Positions 1-7,653 of a stretch of DNA of 24,987 nucleotides are shown here, one piece after another. This stretch comes from Leptospiraceae bacterium (GTDB lineage Bacteria > Spirochaetota > Leptospiria > Leptospirales > Leptonemataceae). A model generated the notes under the pieces. The model was not told where the DNA came from and searched no databases. It worked only from the letters and a program-made list of their open reading frames with translations. The translations under genes were made by a program, and so were the position numbers. The DNA is taken from the NCBI GenBank assembly GCA_020440935.1, contig JAGRNC010000001.1, positions 1 through 24,987 of the forward strand, in the 5' to 3' direction. The stretch's first letter is position 1; each line of letters opens with the position of its first letter.

Positions 1-309
1 GAATAACGGGTGCGCAAATAATCGTTCTTCGTGCTCGGCTTCCAGCCCTTCGGCGCGGATCCATCGGCGAAGAGTGGAAGATAAATCCAGCATGCAGCCG
101 CGCAGAGTACCTCCCGAATCGGCTTCATAGAGCAGGCTGCCTTCTTCTGTAATGGCTCTGCCCCCAAAGGCGGATTGCAATCGCTTTGCCGGGTCAATGC
201 TGATTAATCCGGTGCGATATCCTCTTTCTGCAAGATAGGCCGAATAGGAGGCACTGAGTGTGGTTTTTCCCACGCCACCGGCACCGAGAAAGACTACCAG
301 AGTGGGCAT
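1..309 (-). CDS. ArsA/Get3-family ATPase, Rv3680/BagB-like (5' part only; runs off the window edge)
   Basis: Not in the ORF track; translated by hand from the ATG at 309: MPTLVVFLGAGGVGKTTLSASYSAYLAERGYRTGLISIDPAKRLQSAFGG..., open to position 1. P-loop GAGGVGKT and switch I IDPAKRL are present. Starts 7 nt after the stop of the upstream ATPase. Confidence 0.9.
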   Translation of the reverse strand, partial: MPTLVVFLGAGGVGKTTLSASYSAYLAERGYRTGLISIDPAKRLQSAFGGRAITEEGSLLYEADSGGTLRGCMLDLSSTLRRWIRAEGLEAEHEERLFAHPLF

Positions 310-316
310 CTTCTTC

Positions 317-1267
317 TCAGACAATGGCTTTCTCCGAGGCAGCAATTAATTGGCGGAAGTTTGCATTCCGTGCAACGCAATGAAGTATTCCTTCGCCGCT
401 CAAGGAAGGCTGTTCGATCATAAAGTCCGGCACGGAAATCACAGGAACGGGGCTTTCCGTATGCAATCGGTCTTCCATAGTAAATCGCCGATGCAGGTCG
501 GCCAGTAATGCGCGGTACTCGGAGGCCAATTCTCCGGAGGCCTCCGGCAAAGTAATTTGGCCGGTATCCAATGTTTCCGATTGCAGGCGAGCGCTTCGAT
601 TTGCAATAAGGGCTACCGGCAGATGGCCTGGCTCTTTGCTATAGCGTGGTAACGCTTCCAGAGTCTCTTCTACCGGCAATTCTTCGGGCAGAGCAACGGT
701 GATGATGGCCGTTCGTTGGGGGTCTGCAAGTAGTTTGCTTACTCTTCGCGTTTCATCTACCAGAGGTCCTGAGAATTCAAATGCGCTAATCGTGGATGCA
801 ATGCCAAACAATGCGGCCCCATGCCCGGTGGCCGGTGCATCTACAATGATTCGATCAAACTTCAGGTTTCTTTCTTCTTCAGCCAATTCAGCCAGCCAGA
901 ATAGGCGGCCCACAAAGAAAAGCTCCTCCAATCCAGGGGCGGATTGCAGCAGTTTTTGCACTTGCTGGTTCTGCAATACAAGAGTATACAGAAGTTTCAT
1001 ATTTAGATGATCCACAAAATACTCTCGCATGGCCTCCGATGGGTTGAAGTTCATGACCGAAAGGTTTTCCCGCAGAGCTTCCTGCTTGTGACCTGCAGGA
1101 GCGACCCCAAACAGGGGGGAAATAAAATCGCGAAAGGACCACTGAACCAACAATGTGTTCTCACCCTGTTCGGCGAATGCCAGTCCCAGGCTGGCAGCGA
1201 TGGTGGTTCGACCTACGCCGCCTTTGCCGGTAACAAAAATGAGCTTTTGCTTAATAGGCCAGCTCAT
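317..1267 (-). CDS. ArsA/Get3-family ATPase, Rv3679/BagA-like (degenerate nucleotide site)
   Basis: FVTGKGGVGRTT deviant Walker A, PGLEELF motif and IIVDAPATGH (Walker B/switch II). GGAGG precedes the ATG, which overlaps the upstream stop (ATGA, 1264-1267). Confidence 0.9.
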   Translation of the reverse strand: MSWPIKQKLIFVTGKGGVGRTTIAASLGLAFAEQGENTLLVQWSFRDFISPLFGVAPAGHKQEALRENLSVMNFNPSEAMREYFVDHLNMKLLYTLVLQNQQVQKLLQSAPGLEELFFVGRLFWLAELAEEERNLKFDRIIVDAPATGHGAALFGIASTISAFEFSGPLVDETRRVSKLLADPQRTAIITVALPEELPVEETLEALPRYSKEPGHLPVALIANRSARLQSETLDTGQITLPEASGELASEYRALLADLHRRFTMEDRLHTESPVPVISVPDFMIEQPSLSGEGILHCVARNANFRQLIAASEKAIV

Positions 1268-3687
1268 GCAGCGCCTCCGGATCGTTCTTCTTTCGGCAGC
1301 AATCCTCGGACCGCCGCCCCCTCGTTCGGTGCCTGCTGGATCGCGCTCCAGCGACGCAGAAAATCCATTTGCTCATGGGTCTCGATGGCGCGTTCCGAAC
1401 GCGCTCTGCGTACCGATTCTACCGCCGATTCCAGATCCAGGCCGCCTTTCATTAGATAGGAAGCGGCCACCAATCCCGAGCGCCCAAGTCCGCCCACACA
1501 ATGGATCAGAACACTTTGCCCATTCTTTATGCGGCTGTCGATCCAATCCAGAGATCGCTCCAGTGATTCCAGGGAAGGCGCATGCTGATCGAGGATCGGA
1601 AAATGCAAAGCCTCCAGGTTATGGTTTTGGTACTGTTTTAACAGATCGCTGGTTCCGTAGTATTCCAGTTCATCGGGGGTTACCAGGCAAACTACGCAGC
1701 TTACTAGATTTTCGATTACTTCTAGATCATCGGCTATATCGCGGTTTCGATCTTTGCGGCCGGGCAAAATCGTAATATAAATCTTTCCGATCTCCGGATT
1801 CTTTTGAGGTTCAGTAGAGCGTCGATGCGAGTCCTCATCGAGGGGAACTTCATCCAGTCGAAGCCGTTGACTGGCCGCAATGGTAGCGCTCACTCGCCGG
1901 GTCAAATGTCCGCTGGCATAAAGAGCCCACTTCTTCTGGTATAGATTGCATTCATCAAAACTAAGAGTATGCACCGCATAGCGCAGGTAAGCAACGTGAA
2001 ACTGGTAAGGATCACGATCCGAACCGATGAGGCTGCGATAGTAGGATCGCAGAATGCAGAGAGTTTTCCAGGCTTTTCTAAATTGGGGAAACCCAAAGGA
2101 TTCTGCCAGTGATTCATCGGGTACTATGCCCAGGTCGGAGTGCCCAAGTTGCAAGTCCGTGAATCGAAAAGCTTCGGCCAGTTCTGCGTCGCTGTCAACG
2201 TTGGTCATTATGAATAGTATGTCGTTTTCCAGTTTGACCAGGTCGCGAATAACATGACCTCTATGAGTGTGAAAGAAATCGATGAGCCAGACATTGTCGC
2301 GGCTGTCCAGGATAATGTTTCGGCCATTCAAATCGCCATGGATGAAGCCAGTCGCATGCGAAGCGGTGGTTTCCTTTAGATGTGGTAAGTCGTTGCGGTA
2401 GAAATACGCCGGGTTTGGCGTTTGATGGCCTGGTAGGATTTCAATTTCGCTGCCGCATTCCTGCTCCATGATGGCGTTGACGCGTTTTGTTACTCCGTCG
2501 GCATACCTGGGCTGGAAATCGTAGTATTGCAGCAGGTTGAGCTGCTCGGGCTCAGAGGCGGCGTACAGTCGGCCAAGCTGCTTCTTGAAAACAGTGTCCA
2601 GAATATCTCGTAACAGTTCTCCGTTGCTTTCGCATTCTTTCGAAGTGTAGAACTCTTGAAAGGTGCGAACGTTCCCTTCCAGCATGGAAGCATATCGGTA
2701 CAGGATGGCTCCCCGGTCGGAAAGTTCGCAGGAGTCTACGATGGCGGGGGCGCTATTGCCCAGCACTTCCTGGATTCGTTCGAAGGAAGCTCTTTCCTGA
2801 GCGATTAGATCCCGCGGACCAATCTTTGCAACCAGGGGCACCTGACGATGTCCCATATGATCGGTGGCCCGGGCGCCCAGAACCAGGTTGCCCGAGTAGC
2901 CACCGTCCAGTACGGACAAATCCACTTCTTTGCTATTTCTAAATAGATAGAGCAGCAATTCTTCGTCGGTTTCGCTGGCATGGGAAGGTTTATCCCAATG
3001 GAGCCGCGAATGATCCACACGACTGTGGGTCATCTGCACCAGTCGGGGTGTTGTTCCTACCAGGAATTCGGCAAACGAGGAGGGCGAGCTGATTACCTCA
3101 ACGCCCAGGATATTGCGGATCTGATCCAGTGCATAAAAATGCATGCTCCTGGACGAGGAAGCGCAAAGCGCCGAACAAATAGCAATTTGAAACTCCGGGT
3201 ATCTGGTCGCTATCTCGTATGTTAGAAAGTAGACTTTTGCTTCCGTCCAGACCCCCATGATGCCCACTCGCAGGGGCTGCCCGCGATACTGATCGAGCAA
3301 CTTTGCAATCTCCGTATCATGGAAATCGTTCAGCCCTGTGGCATCCAGGATGGTATGCTGTCTGTTGTTCTGTATCCGATCGCTAAAAACAAAGTCTGCG
3401 CCCGGAGTATTTCTGATGCAGTGACTGCCAAATTGCCGCAAATGCGCGGCCTGCGTGGAATCATCGGGATTGTGCCAGTCGCGAATATGAACGATTTCAA
3501 GGTCGGACTCTGGCTGGTTGTACGCCCAGCCAACAATAAGCCGCACCGGATCGTCTTCCAGTTGTCCCATCAGCAAACGGCGGGATTCTTCATAACCTAC
3601 GTGCAGCTGGTTTGGGAGCGGATCATAACGATCCAGCGGTTGCACAAAATCATTCTGTAGACATTGGGTTATGAGTATACCTTTCAA
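1264..3687 (-). CDS. Tri-domain protein: isochorismatase/nicotinamidase (PncA)-like fold + APH/TCAD9-like kinase + CDKN3-like dual-specificity phosphatase
   Basis: N-terminal region: CLQNDF, RDWH, HCIRNTPGADF, GVWTEAKV. Middle region: GGYSG, VAK, HGDLNGRN, LIDF, DLVKLEND. C-terminal region: HCVGGLGRSG. The ORF track starts at TTG 3735; TTG 3687 (GGAG 8 nt upstream, N-terminus matching the PncA start) is preferred. Confidence 0.88.
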   Translation of the reverse strand: MKGILITQCLQNDFVQPLDRYDPLPNQLHVGYEESRRLLMGQLEDDPVRLIVGWAYNQPESDLEIVHIRDWHNPDDSTQAAHLRQFGSHCIRNTPGADFVFSDRIQNNRQHTILDATGLNDFHDTEIAKLLDQYRGQPLRVGIMGVWTEAKVYFLTYEIATRYPEFQIAICSALCASSSRSMHFYALDQIRNILGVEVISSPSSFAEFLVGTTPRLVQMTHSRVDHSRLHWDKPSHASETDEELLLYLFRNSKEVDLSVLDGGYSGNLVLGARATDHMGHRQVPLVAKIGPRDLIAQERASFERIQEVLGNSAPAIVDSCELSDRGAILYRYASMLEGNVRTFQEFYTSKECESNGELLRDILDTVFKKQLGRLYAASEPEQLNLLQYYDFQPRYADGVTKRVNAIMEQECGSEIEILPGHQTPNPAYFYRNDLPHLKETTASHATGFIHGDLNGRNIILDSRDNVWLIDFFHTHRGHVIRDLVKLENDILFIMTNVDSDAELAEAFRFTDLQLGHSDLGIVPDESLAESFGFPQFRKAWKTLCILRSYYRSLIGSDRDPYQFHVAYLRYAVHTLSFDECNLYQKKWALYASGHLTRRVSATIAASQRLRLDEVPLDEDSHRRSTEPQKNPEIGKIYITILPGRKDRNRDIADDLEVIENLVSCVVCLVTPDELEYYGTSDLLKQYQNHNLEALHFPILDQHAPSLESLERSLDWIDSRIKNGQSVLIHCVGGLGRSGLVAASYLMKGGLDLESAVESVRRARSERAIETHEQMDFLRRWSAIQQAPNEGAAVRGLLPKEERSGGAA

Positions 3688-3731
3688 AACTCCGACTCCG
3701 TCCAGGTTTGCCGGCACGATATTAGATTCTA

Positions 3732-5150
3732 TCAATAGACATCAACGCTTTTAAAGCTGGAAATCTCTCCCAGTCGGCGCCTCGAGATTTTCTCGGTTAC
3801 CGTGAGCCCCTCAAAAATGAACTCCATCCCGACTGCAAGGTCCTGATCGTCTTGATCCCATTTCTTATCGCGGAGTAGATCAAAGAGCGCCGGTACAGTC
3901 TCCATTAGCTCTCTATAAGCGGATGCTGGCATGGAATCGCTAATCTCTACATTGCCGGCCTCGTAGATTTGACGAGTGATTTGCTCGAATGTGGCATCGT
4001 ACTGGGCCGGCGGGAAGTATTCCAGAAATACTTCCTTTATGGCCAGATCGGCAATCTTCATGACAACCTGATACTCGGTTACCGCCTCATCGCGGTAGGG
4101 ATCCAGTTCTATTTTGCCGGAACTGGATGCGAAGAGATTCCCCAGGTCTGTGGGCCGCACCACGCCACGCTCCTCACCCAGCAGCAACGCTCTGCGTCGA
4201 GCCGATGCAACACAGGTTTCGTAGTTCGCTATACTGAGTCGCGCAGATACTCCTGATTTCTGATTCACCATTGGATGATGCCTGGCCTGCACGGTAATTT
4301 CCTCGATGATTTGCTCCATAAAATCGGGAAATACCACCGGAGGCTCCACGTCCGGGTTGGCCGCTTCCTGGCGGGTAATTTCCAGTCCCACAGCTCGCGT
4401 CTTGGGATAGTGAGTGCGGATCTCAGCGCCGATTCGGTCTTTTAGCTGAGTAATGATCTTTCCCGATCTGGAGTAATCGGCAGGATTTGCGGTAAAGCAA
4501 ACGAATACATCCAGAGGTATTCGCAATGGTAACCCACGGATCTGGATATCTTCCTCTTCCAGAATATTGAACATGGCAACCTGCACCAGATAATCGAGGT
4601 CGGGAAGCTCATTAATGGCAAAGATTCCGTGGTTCATGCGCGGAAGTAGTCCAAAGTGCAGGGCTTCTTCTGCCCCCATACTTTTGCCTTCCATAACCTT
4701 GGCCGGGTCCAGATCGCCTATGATATCGGCAATGCGGGAACCGGGAGCCAGCCGTTCTCCGTACCGCTCATCGCGATGGATCCAATGGAGCGGGGCCTCA
4801 TCTCCATGCTCGGAAAGTATTTCTTTGCCTCGTCGCGTGATGGGACGGAAGGGGCTCTCCGGTATTTCCGTTCCCGCAATTACCGGAAAGTACTCATCCA
4901 GCAAATGATTCAGGTTTCGCATGATCCTGGACTTGGCCTGGCCCTTTTCGCCCAGGATGGCGATGTTGTGTCCCGCAAGTATTGCATGGTATAGCTGCGG
5001 CATAACGGTATCCTCGTAGCCATGGATCCCTGGAATGACCGGATCATGACTGCGGAGGATGCGGCTCAAATTCTGAGCCATTTCTGATTTGATATTTCTG
5101 TAAATGTATCCCGATGCTTTTAGTTGTCCGAAGGTCTGTATATCTTTCAT
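3732..5150 (-). CDS. AAA+ ATPase of the MoxR/Mg-chelatase-I-like clade (Rv0958-like)
   Basis: GEKGQAKS Walker A, FAINE Walker B variant, FTANP sensor 1, LKDR arginine finger, GVSAR sensor 2. ATG 5150 is preferred over 5171. Confidence 0.85.
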   Translation of the reverse strand: MKDIQTFGQLKASGYIYRNIKSEMAQNLSRILRSHDPVIPGIHGYEDTVMPQLYHAILAGHNIAILGEKGQAKSRIMRNLNHLLDEYFPVIAGTEIPESPFRPITRRGKEILSEHGDEAPLHWIHRDERYGERLAPGSRIADIIGDLDPAKVMEGKSMGAEEALHFGLLPRMNHGIFAINELPDLDYLVQVAMFNILEEEDIQIRGLPLRIPLDVFVCFTANPADYSRSGKIITQLKDRIGAEIRTHYPKTRAVGLEITRQEAANPDVEPPVVFPDFMEQIIEEITVQARHHPMVNQKSGVSARLSIANYETCVASARRRALLLGEERGVVRPTDLGNLFASSSGKIELDPYRDEAVTEYQVVMKIADLAIKEVFLEYFPPAQYDATFEQITRQIYEAGNVEISDSMPASAYRELMETVPALFDLLRDKKWDQDDQDLAVGMEFIFEGLTVTEKISRRRLGEISSFKSVDVY

Positions 5151-5177
5151 GCATTTCCCTGTTTTCGTCAATTAGCC

Positions 5178-5205
5178 AAAAAAAAAGCGTATCGGCCATA
5201 CCCGC
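5178..5205 (-). terminator. Possible weak intrinsic terminator downstream of the APC transporter gene
   Basis: Minus strand reads GCGGGTAT-GGCCG-ATACGC followed by a T9 run. The stem is short and bulged, and lies over 100 nt past the stop codon. Confidence 0.25.
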
Positions 5206-5324
5206 CTTGAAACATTGCGATGCCCCGGCGTTCCACTTTCCATGCGCAAGACCAGGTACAGAATCTCGCCCGAATGGGCTATGGAATCGCAAAAGAATTC
5301 AGGGGCGATGCTGCGGCAACCATC

Positions 5325-7247
5325 CTACTCATGCAGTTTTTCTTGCACACGGAACCAGCGCGATGGTAGAAACGGAAAAATATGTAGCAAAATGTCCGAT
5401 GCATGCAGTACGATTCGTTCGCGGTTGTATTCCACCTGCAGATCTGCATGACGCGAAATGGCATATTTCAATCGTTCAATGGAGTTTCCAAAGTACAGAT
5501 TAAGAATGGGGCCAATCCCGCGAACCATGAGCGGAATTAGATGCACCCGATCCGGCTTTTCTTTCTGGATAAACTGATTTATGGCGGTGATAGTATCGGT
5601 GTCAGGAGGCACCGGTACATTCAAGAACCAATCGGGTAATTCGGCGGACTCAATTTGTCCAGGGTCGCTTTGAAAATGAACCACCAGCGGCATCTGTCCG
5701 CTTCGCACAAAGTTACGTAGAAAATGCACAACTCCTGGATGGAACTTTGACACCAGCACAATATGTTTGCGATTTACCGGATGATTCTGAAATGCCGGGT
5801 ACCAAAGGCCGAGCTCCAGTGGCACTACTTTCAGCTTTTCTTCCCAGATTTGATAGATTGCCTCCGAAACCTGGAACATCATAAAATAGAGGACCATTAA
5901 TATGACGATGAACCACGCCCCTTCGAAGAATTTATTGTACGTAATGTTCCAGAACATTCCATGCATAACGACCAGGGCAACAAGCGTTAGCAGAGAGAAT
6001 TTACGCGTTCGGATCTGGCGTAAGAAATAGCTTGTAAGGTCAATATTCATGGCCGCTACAACGGCCAGGCCGTACATCCCTTCGATGTCATGGCTGGAAG
6101 GGAAGAAAACCAGGATAATGACGCTAAGGATGCCCAGAAGAATGGTGGCCCGTGGGTTGTACACACCTTCGTGGCCGCCCAGTATGAAAGCAGGCTTGGT
6201 GCGTTTCCAGGCCATATCTCCCACGCCGCGCGGAAAGAATCGGCTACGTGCTGCCCGGAGGATTTCCAGGGGGAAGTCAGTCTGTGCGGTCTGCGCAGCG
6301 AGCAAGAGCATAATCGCAGTTAAGACTCCAAAAGGCCGACCAACCCAGGCTCCGCCAAGATGCGAGGCAATACTCATGGGAACGGGAATATGTTCGTCAT
6401 AGACGATACCCAGGCCCATGAAGTTAATGAGCTGCATGAAATAGGTAGTGATTACAAGGGCGAATAGAATCCACATAGATATGCGAATCGCTTTGCCTTT
6501 ATGGTAGGGCAGATTCACCGAACTGTATCCAACCTCAACGCCGGTGATGAGAGTGGCTCCGTTGGCTACGGAAGCCAGGATCACCGGAATCATACTAACC
6601 ACGCCGGCTTCTTTGATGTTTTCTCCGATGACAGGCGCCTGCCAGCCATTTTCAAGAATGGTGAAAATTCCGTACGCATTGATGGAAAGGTTTGATACGT
6701 AAAATGCCAGAACGGGCCAGATCATGAATCTGGACAGGTTACCCAGGCCGTATCGTTGGACTACGGACAGAAAAACCACAAATCCCAGCGCCCACTTTAG
6801 CCGGTCGTCCACCGGAATGAAATACAGGTTCTCCACGCCAGCGATGAGACTGATGGCCTGGGTTGCAGGAAAGTCCGCCAGCAGGCTGGCTGTGCCCAGC
6901 TTTCCCATATTGTGGATGAATGCCTTTAGCCGGGGATGACGGCGAATATGCTGCGAAGTGAGTAGCGCAGAAACGAAGGCGCCGCCGCCCAGCACCGGAT
7001 GGGTGTGGTGACGGATCATGCTATTGTAGACCAGAATGGCGATGAGATACACCCCCATAATGATACAACCAGCGGAGAGCGTTGCGGTCATCCCCAGCTC
7101 GAAGCTGGTGGCGAATAGCGCAATGGTCACTGCGATGACCGCATCTGCACCATAGGCCAGCGAAGACCCCGGGTCAGTGAGGATGGTTGCAAAGATTATG
7201 CGGATATCGCTAAGTAAGCTAGGTGGTTTCTCTGAGGAGTGGTCCAT
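5325..7247 (-). CDS. APC-superfamily transporter, KimA/YdaO-like K+ importer
   Basis: About 12 hydrophobic segments plus a cytoplasmic C-terminal domain. TDPGSSLAYG matches KimA SDALSSVAYG with the same Asp-Tyr spacing; GGGAFV and ITGVE motifs are present. Confidence 0.8.
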   Translation of the reverse strand: MDHSSEKPPSLLSDIRIIFATILTDPGSSLAYGADAVIAVTIALFATSFELGMTATLSAGCIIMGVYLIAILVYNSMIRHHTHPVLGGGAFVSALLTSQHIRRHPRLKAFIHNMGKLGTASLLADFPATQAISLIAGVENLYFIPVDDRLKWALGFVVFLSVVQRYGLGNLSRFMIWPVLAFYVSNLSINAYGIFTILENGWQAPVIGENIKEAGVVSMIPVILASVANGATLITGVEVGYSSVNLPYHKGKAIRISMWILFALVITTYFMQLINFMGLGIVYDEHIPVPMSIASHLGGAWVGRPFGVLTAIMLLLAAQTAQTDFPLEILRAARSRFFPRGVGDMAWKRTKPAFILGGHEGVYNPRATILLGILSVIILVFFPSSHDIEGMYGLAVVAAMNIDLTSYFLRQIRTRKFSLLTLVALVVMHGMFWNITYNKFFEGAWFIVILMVLYFMMFQVSEAIYQIWEEKLKVVPLELGLWYPAFQNHPVNRKHIVLVSKFHPGVVHFLRNFVRSGQMPLVVHFQSDPGQIESAELPDWFLNVPVPPDTDTITAINQFIQKEKPDRVHLIPLMVRGIGPILNLYFGNSIERLKYAISRHADLQVEYNRERIVLHASDILLHIFPFLPSRWFRVQEKLHE

Positions 7248-7281
7248 TCGATCTTTTTCTTTCTATGTTCGCTAGAGGGCG

Positions 7282-7575
7282 CTAGTCCTCCTTCATCCAG
7301 TGACGAACTACAGAGGCAACCTTTTTGGGATTGTCCCGGGCAAGATTTCGAACTCCATCGAGCATCTCATCACGGTCCCGGGGATCGATTTTTTTTTTTT
7401 TTTTCGTCTCCTCGGTGCTTCCCGGGGTTGCAGGCGAAATCTCTTTTTCCGCCATCGACGCCGATTTTGTCCGACCTCGTTTGGGTTCTGTTTTCTTTGC
7501 GCTCCTGCCCAGCCAGGGAAATAGGGCAAGCCCCGTCAAAGCCAGTACCGCGGCGACGATCCAAAGCCAATCCAC
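7282..7575 (-). CDS. Small N-terminally membrane-anchored protein with a FliF C-terminal-like motif
   Basis: GTG start (weak RBS), one TM helix (WLWIVAAVLALTGLALFPWL), a Lys-rich linker, and the C-terminus VRNLARDNPKKVASVVRHWMKED. Stop lies 34 nt before the transporter start. Confidence 0.75.
   Translation of the reverse strand: MDWLWIVAAVLALTGLALFPWLGRSAKKTEPKRGRTKSASMAEKEISPATPGSTEETKKKKKIDPRDRDEMLDGVRNLARDNPKKVASVVRHWMKED
7389..7404 (-). repeat. A16 homopolymer (T16 on + strand) inside the CDS
   Basis: 16 consecutive T on the + strand, read as ACG AAA AAA AAA AAA AAA ATC (TKKKKKI) on the minus strand. Confidence 0.95.
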
Positions 7576-7653
7576 ACAATCAGGCTGATCGAATCATACA
7601 GCGGGTCAATTCATATTTCCATTGACTGCTGGGAGCCCGAATAGCCTCAGTCA

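Noticed and set aside
1-1267. Arsenic-resistance (ars) operon
   Set aside because: No arsB, acr3, arsC, arsD or arsR in the window, and the motif pattern fits the BagAB/Get3-like heterodimer rather than the tandem-domain ArsA.
699-1775. Plus-strand ORFs of 103-206 aa (699-1010, 1007-1459, 1155-1775)
   Set aside because: Antisense shadows of well-supported minus-strand genes, with low-complexity, non-protein-like composition. The same applies to most other short ORFs in the track.
3732-5171. True magnesium chelatase (bchI/chlI)
   Set aside because: No chlD/chlH or other photosynthesis genes nearby; the sequence fits the generic Rv0958-like AAA+ group.
7282-7575. Tail-anchored client for the Get3-like pair
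   Set aside because: Its TM helix is N-terminal, not C-terminal, and no tail-anchored protein was seen in the window.
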